IMG/VR virus record: IMGVR_UViG_3300048854_000099 | Location: 1 to 46,278 of that record | DNA length: 46,278 nt | Direction: 5' to 3' (one strand) | Origin: a virus | Lineage: Duplodnaviria; Caudoviricetes | Shown: piece by piece, positions 1 to 6,946 of the stretch | Position numbering within the stretch: position 1 is the first letter of the stretch | Layout: every line of letters starts with the position of its first letter | Made by a program: the position numbers and the translations under genes | The notes under the pieces: generated by a model | The model's input: the letters and a program-made list of their open reading frames with translations, nothing else | Databases searched by the model: none | What the model was told of the DNA's origin: nothing

Positions 1-162
1 ATTGCAGAATTCCGATATCTGCTCATCCGTGCTGTCGTCGGGCAGACGGACAATCGAAAGTGATTTCGGAGCGCCTTTCACCGCGCGTTGCGGATTCCAG
101 TAGTGGACGATCGTGCCATCGCCCCTTTTCCGGCCCTGGTAGCCTGGCCTGTCAGTCCTCAT
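1..162 (-). CDS. Probable phage integrase (tyrosine recombinase), N-terminal 54 aa, runs off the window
   Basis: Manual translation MRTDRPGYQGRKRGDGTIVHYWNPQRAVKGAPKSLSIVRLPDD..., open to the edge; resembles N-terminal arm-binding regions of rhizobial prophage integrases; overlaps the end of the xis-like gene. Catalytic domain not visible. Confidence 0.6.
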   Translation of the reverse strand, partial: MRTDRPGYQGRKRGDGTIVHYWNPQRAVKGAPKSLSIVRLPDDSTDEQISEFCN

Positions 163-367
163 CCCAATGTTCCTTTCCGCGTCGGGCATGATTGCCCGAA
201 GGAATCAGTCCCAGCGGATTGCCATACTCGTCAACCGGTTTTTCGACTGTGGGGGGGATTACCGTGGCGATAAGCGATTTCATGTCCATCTGGACGATGC
301 AGCCGGCTGCCGCTGCGGCTTTGAAGACGCGCTCCATGTCGGCTTGCTTGAAGGCGACCTTACTCAC
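152..367 (-). CDS. Probable excisionase-like small protein
   Basis: GTG start overlaps upstream stop (GTGA); VSKVAFKQADMERVFKAAAAAG... is typical of small ORFs directly upstream of alphaproteobacterial prophage integrases. Confidence 0.5.
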   Translation of the reverse strand: MSKVAFKQADMERVFKAAAAAGCIVQMDMKSLIATVIPPTVEKPVDEYGNPLGLIPSGNHARRGKEHWDED

Positions 368-1038
368 AGCGCCAGCTCCTTCTCCGAAATTGCAAGAGGA
401 GTGCCAAGCAAGCATCGCTCGAGTGTCCATCCGTAAGAAAACAGCCGCGAATACAGCGTGTGGTAAGGAACGCCGGAAAGTTCAGATATCTCGGCCAAAC
501 TTATCGAACGGCCATTTACTTCGAAATTTTTATTGTTGCGCCTATTCCGCTGCTGCTCTTTCATGGTCGCCCATCGGCAGTTGTCTTTTTCGTAGTTTCC
601 GTCTTGATCTGGAAAACGATCAAGCGTGTGTTTCGGAGTAGGCCGGGTCCCCATGTCCTCAAAAAAGCACATGAAACCGGTCTTTCCGCCCTCACCATCT
701 TTCCATCGGGAGCAAACCGAGATGCCTCTGCCGCCGTACAGGTGATACTCGATCGAGCTGGGATTGAAGCAGCGGCTTATCATATTTTTGTATGACAGAA
801 TTTCTTTGGACGCCGACATCCCGTGTGTGGATTTGGCCGCAGATGTCCTCTCCTTATGGAGGCATCCGCAGGATGACGTTGCGCCGGACCTGAGGTGAGA
901 TGGCTGGATGTTTTTCGTCTGTCCGCACTCGCAGAGGCAGATCAACCGCGTTAAGCGCGCGCCATTTTTCCGCGTGTGTATGTCGTCGATGCCGATAACG
1001 GTGAGCCTACCGAACTTTTTTCCTGTGAAATCACTCAT
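364..1038 (-). CDS. HNH-type phage homing endonuclease-like protein
   Basis: True start MSDFTGKKFGRLTVI (ATGA overlap); motifs CLCECG, SCGC, YGGRGISVC..W, F..DMG.RP, TLDR...DGNYEKDNCRWAT..EQQRNRR. Confidence 0.85.
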   Translation of the reverse strand: MSDFTGKKFGRLTVIGIDDIHTRKNGARLTRLICLCECGQTKNIQPSHLRSGATSSCGCLHKERTSAAKSTHGMSASKEILSYKNMISRCFNPSSIEYHLYGGRGISVCSRWKDGEGGKTGFMCFFEDMGTRPTPKHTLDRFPDQDGNYEKDNCRWATMKEQQRNRRNNKNFEVNGRSISLAEISELSGVPYHTLYSRLFSYGWTLERCLLGTPLAISEKELAL

Positions 1039-1745
1039 ACCAAAAGCCCTTGGCTCTCGCGCTTTGACAAAAACAACTTGAAATTCTGGCTCTTCAGGGC
1101 GCACCAATAGGCCATGATTGCGGCGTCGCGCGCGTCTTCGTTCCCGCCAATAATCCTCAGCCTGTCGGTGAAAACGCGTATCTTCTCCTTGGTGATCTTC
1201 TCCTTCGGCATGCCTTGGAATTTTGCATCCCGGATATCCTTCGGCAGGATCGTCCGCCAAGTCGTCGCCGAGACGATCTCCCACGGGATGCCGGCGCCCT
1301 CGAGCGTGGCCTGCGCGGTACCGACCAACCAATTAAGCTGCGCCGTGGTGTTGGAGTTGATCGTGGTTGCCGAGCCGAAATACTCAGAAACGATCGCCCG
1401 GGCGTCACCAGCGCCGATCCCGCCTCTTTCGATGGCGACGGTCAGTCTTTCCAACATCGCGCGCCCTGAGGCCACCTGGTCCTGAAGCGAGCCGGTCAGA
1501 AGATCGGCCTTGACCTTCTTGTCGTACTGAGGGGAGATCCCCATCGGTCTTTCGATCACGGCGTAGTCCGGACGATATTCGTTGCGGAGCTCGCGGATCC
1601 AGAGGCGGAGATCGGCCGCCTTGTCCCAGACCTCATCGCGGGCAAAGTGCTTATGGCCGAGCGCGATCGAGGAAGGAGTGTCCTCGGTATTGTAGATTGC
1701 AAAGCCGGTCCGGGTGGCAACGTCGAGAGCGAGAATCCTGGTCAT
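1035..1745 (-). CDS. RuvC-like Holliday junction resolvase (RNase H fold)
   Basis: ILALDVATRTGFA (catalytic D), AVIERP (E), C-terminal NEDARDAAIMAYW (DxxD). Confidence 0.8.
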   Translation of the reverse strand: MTRILALDVATRTGFAIYNTEDTPSSIALGHKHFARDEVWDKAADLRLWIRELRNEYRPDYAVIERPMGISPQYDKKVKADLLTGSLQDQVASGRAMLERLTVAIERGGIGAGDARAIVSEYFGSATTINSNTTAQLNWLVGTAQATLEGAGIPWEIVSATTWRTILPKDIRDAKFQGMPKEKITKEKIRVFTDRLRIIGGNEDARDAAIMAYWCALKSQNFKLFLSKRESQGLLV

Positions 1746-3073
1746 CTTTTTCTCTTCGCGATTTTGGGTTGGAGAGCCGCCTCAATTCTGGCGATGGCGA
1801 TTTCTGCGTAATCCGGGTTCAGCTCGACCATGGCGCTGTCGACGCCTAACTGCTCTGCAACAAGGGAAACGGTCCCGGCGCCGCCAAACGGATCGAACAC
1901 CTTGCCAGGAACACGTCCGAAGATTTCGCAGATCGGGCCGCAGCCCGACGGCGCTCCGCAGCAACCACAGACCGTTTTCGGGACGCCCGCCTTGATGCAC
2001 CGCTCGGCGAGTGCCGGCGGGAAGGTTGCGAAATGAGCCTCGCGGAAAGCCTTGGGCGCGATCGTCCAAACGTTGCGGCTATTTCGGGTATCGACATGCA
2101 AGGCCGTGCCCTCGGCAAACCTCTTGTTCGATTTTATCAGCTTTTCGTTCTCGCCTGCCATCTTGGTGACGACTCGGTCTCGACCTCTGTCTTCGTCCTT
2201 TGCGCATGTCCGATCGAGCCTGCCCCAGCCGACGCCGGTATCGCCCTTCCTCGATCGAGGAACACGGTCGACGTTTTCTCGCGAATTCTTTCCGACGGCT
2301 TTCATCGGCCGGTCGGGGCGGGTGCCCCCGTTGGCGCGCACGGATCCGAGCTGCTTCTGCAGATCCTGGGAAAGCCTTGCGTGAGTGTTCTGGCTTACGG
2401 GCTCGCGGATCGCTTCCTGGTCGTAGAAATAATCCTCGCCCTTTGTCAGCAGCCAGATCTTCTCATGGGCAACGGTCGGTCGGTCATAGACGCTTTCCGG
2501 CATGGGATTTGGCTTATGCCAAATGATTTCTGAGCGTACCCACCAACCGTCATCCTGAAGAGCTATCGCCAAGCGGTTGGGGATCATGCAGAGATCCTTC
2601 GGCTTCAGATAGCCACCAGGACGGATTGTTGCCCCGCTGTCGGGGCGATAGGCTTCCTTAGCGCCGAGCCGTTGAGGCCCGCGGGCGTCCGGCTGCAAAA
2701 TCGGCCCTATGGTTGAAAACGGCTTATCCCGGAAGGTACGATCGTCATTCCCGATTGCCTTGACATCCGCTGCGCTCCGGCCGTTCGGCTGTGCGGCATA
2801 GCTATCGCCGTAATTCAGCCAAAAGGTGCCGTGAGGTTTCAGGATGCGGCGGACCTCACGAAACACCTCGACCATGACTTGGATGTGCTCGCCGAGCGTC
2901 GACTCCATGCCGATCTGCCCGTCGACCCCGTAGTCGCGCAGGCCCCAATATGGCGGCGAGGTCACGACGCAATCGACCGAGTTCGCCTGCATGGCGCGCA
3001 TAGCGTCCATACAATCGCCGATGTGGATCGTACAGCGGCCGTTGAGGATGGATCGGATCAGAACGCCTGCCAT
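1742..3073 (-). CDS. Orphan DNA methyltransferase, N4-C/N6-A family (beta order)
   Basis: Catalytic VTSPPY near the N-terminus, IIWHKPNPMPES, HFATFP, SAM-binding VFDPFGGAGT near the C-terminus. Confidence 0.93.
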   Translation of the reverse strand: MAGVLIRSILNGRCTIHIGDCMDAMRAMQANSVDCVVTSPPYWGLRDYGVDGQIGMESTLGEHIQVMVEVFREVRRILKPHGTFWLNYGDSYAAQPNGRSAADVKAIGNDDRTFRDKPFSTIGPILQPDARGPQRLGAKEAYRPDSGATIRPGGYLKPKDLCMIPNRLAIALQDDGWWVRSEIIWHKPNPMPESVYDRPTVAHEKIWLLTKGEDYFYDQEAIREPVSQNTHARLSQDLQKQLGSVRANGGTRPDRPMKAVGKNSRENVDRVPRSRKGDTGVGWGRLDRTCAKDEDRGRDRVVTKMAGENEKLIKSNKRFAEGTALHVDTRNSRNVWTIAPKAFREAHFATFPPALAERCIKAGVPKTVCGCCGAPSGCGPICEIFGRVPGKVFDPFGGAGTVSLVAEQLGVDSAMVELNPDYAEIAIARIEAALQPKIAKRKR

Positions 3074-3858
3074 CACACCAGCACCGCCTCAATCTGCAGC
3101 GCAGCGATCGGCGGCGCCCAGCGGTCGAAGTGTGCTTCGATCTCGACATAGTTGCGGGGATGCTGCCGCCGGAGATCCAGTGGGTACTTGCCGACGACGT
3201 ACTGGCCTCTGGCCTGGTGCTGCTGGATCCAGCCCATTTCCATGAAGCGGCGTCGATCGATACCGATCTGGCGGAAGTCATCGATCGTGATCGTTCCTCG
3301 CTTTTCCAGCAGAACGCAGATCTTGATCGCTTTGATCTTCCACTCGGAAAGGGTGGAAGGAGCCGACGCGCCAGCCCTGACATCAGGGACATATTCGGGA
3401 AGCTGCAGACGCTCTGCAGGCGCGCAATCGCGCCAGTAGGTGTCCGTGTACCATTCCCGCCCGAGAACATCAGGAAGTTCCGGTTCAAACTTAAGCCGGC
3501 TGTAGGTGCTTCTCCTCAGGGCGAGGTACAATTCCTTCGATTTCATTTGGATGACTGTGATCCAGAGCTTCCGCGCTATCGCCATCATCTCTGATCCGGC
3601 TGTTCCCCATGGGACGAGTACCGCGCGGAAATCTGGGTTATGGACGCGATAGCGCGGTGTCGTCTCGACGGCTTGCAACAACACCTTGGCATTCAGCGTC
3701 ATCTTGGCCTCAACTCCGATCTGGCATCCGTCGGAGGGGCGCACGAGCACGATGTCAAATCCGCAAGTTTCCGGGTACGCGACCCAATCCTTCGGGACTT
3801 GCTTGATGAACGTGGCGCATAGCTCCGCCTCAGACTTGAAGATCGCTTTTGAAATCAT
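3073..3858 (-). CDS. Hypothetical protein with PD-(D/E)XK nuclease-like motif
   Basis: E...GFDIVLV.....QIGVEAK pattern; translationally coupled to the MTase. Confidence 0.55.
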   Translation of the reverse strand: MISKAIFKSEAELCATFIKQVPKDWVAYPETCGFDIVLVRPSDGCQIGVEAKMTLNAKVLLQAVETTPRYRVHNPDFRAVLVPWGTAGSEMMAIARKLWITVIQMKSKELYLALRRSTYSRLKFEPELPDVLGREWYTDTYWRDCAPAERLQLPEYVPDVRAGASAPSTLSEWKIKAIKICVLLEKRGTITIDDFRQIGIDRRRFMEMGWIQQHQARGQYVVGKYPLDLRRQHPRNYVEIEAHFDRWAPPIAALQIEAVLV

Positions 3859-3961
3859 GGGGTTTTCGCCAGTTTGGCCGGGTCGTTTATGACGGGGAGG
3901 CGCACGAAGCGGACCGCCTCCCCGCAGGACTGATCAGGACGGCGGTCCAGATCAATAGCGT

Positions 3962-4750
3962 TTACGTCGCCGGAACGGTCCTAACCGGGGCGTCCCAGTC
4001 ATCGTCCGTAATACCAGCCGAAGTTGGAGCGACGGTCCCCGAGACATCAGGTTGCGCTTGATCATCAGCCCCGACCGGCGCCGCTTCCGCAGGATCTTCT
4101 CCAAGGGCGTGATCCGTATCGGCCTCCGTCGCCAACTCGTCACCTTCCTGGTCGCCGGATCCTTCTTCCACGGCAGAGTCTTCTTCCGCGCCGGCGTCTT
4201 CGTCTTCGGCGTGGGCCTCATCCGCAATTTCCTCAGTGGTCGGGCTCTTGATCAGATCAGCCTCCGCCGCGGCAGAGATGGCCTGGTTGAGCCACGCATT
4301 GCGCAGTGTGTGTCCTTCGTTGCTGCCCTGCTGCCAGCGCTGCCCAGCGGCTGTTTCCATGCCGTAGGGATTGCTGTTCGCCATGCCGAGCTTGCCAGCG
4401 GAAAGGCCTTCAAGGTAAGCCTGGTCCTCCAGGGGCGTCCGATCTTCGAAGATGTCGAGCTGGCGACCGGCTGCGTGGCCCATGAGGCGCGCGATCCCGA
4501 TCTTGATCTTCAGATCATTAATGATGGACGCGACATTCTCCTTGCGGAGGCGCTTAGCCCACTTGATATGATCGGTCGAAAAGCCGCCTGCCTCGAGGCG
4601 CTTGACGATCCCCGACATCGAGCCTTTCTTTTCGGCCATGGATGCTTCGGCATCCGTATAATTCTGCAGCTCGACGATGAAGATCTTTTCCTGATCTTCG
4701 GTCAGGCCGGTACCGTTGTGGCCGGTGCCGGGGGTGGATTTCTTGGCCAT
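3962..4750 (-). CDS. GapR(DUF2312)-like N-terminus + Rmf/CrpP-like motif + acidic tail
   Basis: Start MAKKSTPGTGHNG; helical segment ...GGFSTDHIKWAKRLRKE; AYLEGLSAGKLG..NPY....GQRWQQG..EG; D/E-rich C-terminal third. Confidence 0.55.
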   Translation of the reverse strand: MAKKSTPGTGHNGTGLTEDQEKIFIVELQNYTDAEASMAEKKGSMSGIVKRLEAGGFSTDHIKWAKRLRKENVASIINDLKIKIGIARLMGHAAGRQLDIFEDRTPLEDQAYLEGLSAGKLGMANSNPYGMETAAGQRWQQGSNEGHTLRNAWLNQAISAAAEADLIKSPTTEEIADEAHAEDEDAGAEEDSAVEEGSGDQEGDELATEADTDHALGEDPAEAAPVGADDQAQPDVSGTVAPTSAGITDDDWDAPVRTVPAT

Positions 4751-5016
4751 TCTGGGGTTTCCCTTCATGATCTCCATCGGAGAATAATCGGTCATGTCCA
4801 TGTTTCCGCTTCGTAATAAGACGACTTGCGATAATTCGACGGTTTGAAATTGCCCGGGACCGACGCAGTGCCAATCGACCCCTTCCTGCACCGGCGCGCT
4901 CTCCGCCGGCCCTCCGTCGTCTGATCCGGTCTAACGCTCACACTCGACCGGACATCATCGCTTTGTTGTTTCGCGCGGTGTCGTCGTGCCGAGCGTGGAA
5001 CAGGTTGCAGGATCGG

Positions 5017-5235
5017 TTAGCTGCCGGACAAATCCGGCCGCAGAATTTCTTTGGGGATACCAGTGAGGCGGCTGACTTCGTCGACACGACCCGGCGGAAC
5101 GTACTTCCATTTTTTGATCGCGAAGGGCGTGACACCCATCTCTTTCGCAAGGTCGACCAGGACGACAGTTGCCCGGATGGCTTCAACGCCTGTCTTGCTG
5201 CCGAGAGAGTGTCTTGTTTTTTCCTTGAACCGCAT
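5017..5235 (-). CDS. cro: Cro/YdaS-like HTH transcriptional regulator
   Basis: 72 aa; LAKEMGVTPFAIKKW..VP..RV..V...TGIP...LRPDL signature; first gene of the leftward operon. Confidence 0.88.
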   Translation of the reverse strand: MRFKEKTRHSLGSKTGVEAIRATVVLVDLAKEMGVTPFAIKKWKYVPPGRVDEVSRLTGIPKEILRPDLSGS

Positions 5236-5260
5236 TTCTGCCTCTCAGTTTCAAACTGCC

Positions 5261-5360
5261 CTTCATTAGGTATATGTTTTTTCGGTGGGCCATAGCAATA
5301 GTCACGTATACCTATTTTCGAATACCTATCGGGAGGAGGCTAAGATGAGGGTGCAGGTAT
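5261..5360. promoter_or_regulatory. Divergent promoter/operator cluster (cro promoter on minus; putative rightward promoter for the non-coding transcript)
   Basis: Minus: TTGCTA-N18-TATACC. Plus: TTCGAA(5317)-N18-TAAGAT(5341). ATACCTA/AGGTAT boxes at 5267, 5308, 5322, 5355. Confidence 0.6.
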
Positions 5361-5916
5361 CATTTTAGACGGTCTCCAACACACCGGAGATCCCTCTATT
5401 CCAGTGCCACCCTTCGGCACCAAGCATCCGTGGAATCAACCTACTCTGAAGCTCGGTTTGATTTCGCTGCCGCTACAGCGTCCAACACCAGCAGTCTTTT
5501 TATCAGCCTGGTCAGGGCCATTTTTCGCTGGTCTAGCAAGGCCCTTTTCTTCGGACCCCGGTATAAAAGTGCTTCAGTTTCCCGGCGCCTCTGCAAAAAA
5601 GCGTTGATCCGGCGGGCCGCCTAAACCCGTTCGATTCCGTCCGATGAGCCAGGCATCGGCACCGCGAAGCAATTCATGTTCCGGAAAGATCGGCGGCGCG
5701 GGTCAAAAGCTAAAAAGACCGCATCACTCAGTCCTCAGATCACTAAATATTGGCGGGAACCACCGAGCAGACCCAATATTTCGTGATTTTCGAACCCCTG
5801 AAACCGCCGCAAGTATTGAAGGAAGCTGGGATTTACCCTATACCTAATTCAATTGCTCTGGATGAGCGACGGTTTCAAAGCCCCGGTCGGATCACTCCCG
5901 CCGGGGTTTTTCTTTT
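5353..5916 (+). ncRNA. Candidate large structured non-coding RNA in the cI position
   Basis: No convincing ORF; series of nested inverted repeats; putative promoter upstream and intrinsic terminator at the 3' end. Boundaries and strand are inferred. Confidence 0.5.
5877..5916 (+). terminator. Rho-independent terminator (possibly bidirectional)
   Basis: AAAG-CCCCGG(5881-5886)...CCGGGG(5901-5906)-TTTTTCTTTT. Confidence 0.8.
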
Positions 5917-5944
5917 CGGCCCAAACAGACGGTCCAGTCAAGCG

Positions 5945-6060
5945 CTTCATTAGGTGTTCGATTGGTATTCGACTCCGGGGATCGATCGAAGGTTACCTTT
6001 TTTCCGCGAATACCTAGTTTACCTATTGCGTCATTTAGGAAAGCAGGTATACCTATTTCT
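5945..6060 (+). promoter_or_regulatory. Early rightward promoter/operator cluster
   Basis: TTGCGT(6026)-N16-TATACC(6048); TACCTA/TAGGT boxes at 5951, 6011, 6020, 6050; shares 10-12 nt exact repeats with the 5261-5328 cluster. Confidence 0.6.
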
Positions 6061-6080
6061 ACCGAAGTGGAGATAGGACG

Positions 6081-6752
6081 ATGTCCAGAAAAATGATTTC
6101 GAAGCAGGAAATGCTTCAGCTTCGCAGTGCATTCGTGATTTTTTATCCGTCCTGCTTCGTGGCGTCCGGCGCGCCGAAACGCCCCCTGAAAATAGGTATT
6201 AAGCAAGACATGCTCGCTCGGGCGCGACAGGAATTCCCTGGCCTCGGGCATCGCCACATCAGATCGTTCCTCACCGATTACACCTCCGGAAAGCATTATT
6301 TCGAATGCTGCCGGGAAGGGGTCGCCAGAGTCGACCTGGATGGCGCCTTCTCAGGCTTTGTCACGAGACAAGACGCCGAGTTCGCCGATCGCTGCCTCCT
6401 GCTGATCAAACAGCGCAAGAACCCCGTTCACGCCAGATTTCCGACTGGTCCGCAATCCATCGGCGAGATCGCGGCAAAAGTCGTGAACGACGTCATGCCC
6501 GCTTCGTATTCGGAGTGGGCTCAGAAAAATCGCACCGCCGTCGCTGAGGCGTTTGGCGTGCCGTCCGCACTTCTGCAAGCTCCTCCGGAGACTTTGGAAG
6601 AGCGTCTCGCTCGCCTGGAGTCCGCTCAGTACGCGGCGTCGATGAGCAACAATTTCTACTACACCGACGGCAGCAAGGCGCGCGACGACGCCGAGATCGC
6701 CGATGTGCGACGCCAGATCGCCGGCCAGAAAATCGTAGCGCACGCAAGATGA
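6081..6752 (+). CDS. ProQ/FinO-domain RNA chaperone with C-terminal extension
   Basis: YPSCF....PKRPLKIGIKQDM, L..YT....Y, G..RVDLDG...G.VT..DAE.A are FinO/ProQ hallmark motifs; RBS GGAG/AGGA. Confidence 0.9.
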   Translation: MSRKMISKQEMLQLRSAFVIFYPSCFVASGAPKRPLKIGIKQDMLARARQEFPGLGHRHIRSFLTDYTSGKHYFECCREGVARVDLDGAFSGFVTRQDAEFADRCLLLIKQRKNPVHARFPTGPQSIGEIAAKVVNDVMPASYSEWAQKNRTAVAEAFGVPSALLQAPPETLEERLARLESAQYAASMSNNFYYTDGSKARDDAEIADVRRQIAGQKIVAHAR

Positions 6753-6946
6753 CGACGCTGGTGATCAACAACGACGGTACCGCGGACTGCGTCATCAGGT
6801 CTGAATGCGAGAGAAAATCGGCAATTCAGCGAGCCGAGATGGCCGGTCTGATGTGGTGTGCATCCTCGAAAATCCCGGATCCGCAGAATCCCGCCGTCTT
6901 TCTGAGACCGCAGTACCGACTCCATTTCAAAAGGAAACCGAAGTGA
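6749..6946 (+). CDS. Hypothetical protein
   Basis: ATGA coupling at the start, TGATG at the end. Confidence 0.6.
   Translation: MTTLVINNDGTADCVIRSECERKSAIQRAEMAGLMWCASSKIPDPQNPAVFLRPQYRLHFKRKPK

Noticed and set aside
364-1038. HNH gene as part of a group I intron
   Set aside because: Translationally coupled between intact genes, with no interrupted host ORF or non-coding intron core
1039-1332. N-terminal 98-aa extension of the HNH ORF in the track
   Set aside because: Overlaps RuvC in another frame; the ATGA-coupled start at 1038 matches the family N-terminus
5331-5368. GGAGG-ATG 7-codon ORF (MRVQVSF) as a leader peptide
   Set aside because: Its RBS and ATG fall within the predicted promoter, upstream of the likely start site; no independent support
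5620-5652. tRNA-like GTTCGATTCC
   Set aside because: Flanks do not form a T-stem or acceptor stem; no cloverleaf
5404-5953. Four 64-67 aa plus-strand ORFs in the immunity interval as a cI repressor
   Set aside because: No HTH or S24 peptidase motifs, weak starts without clear RBS, mutually overlapping, and one runs through the terminator; a small peptide cannot be fully excluded
5261-6060. CRISPR or other repeat-spacer array
   Set aside because: Repeats are short, irregularly spaced and in both orientations; no cas genes; operator interpretation fits better
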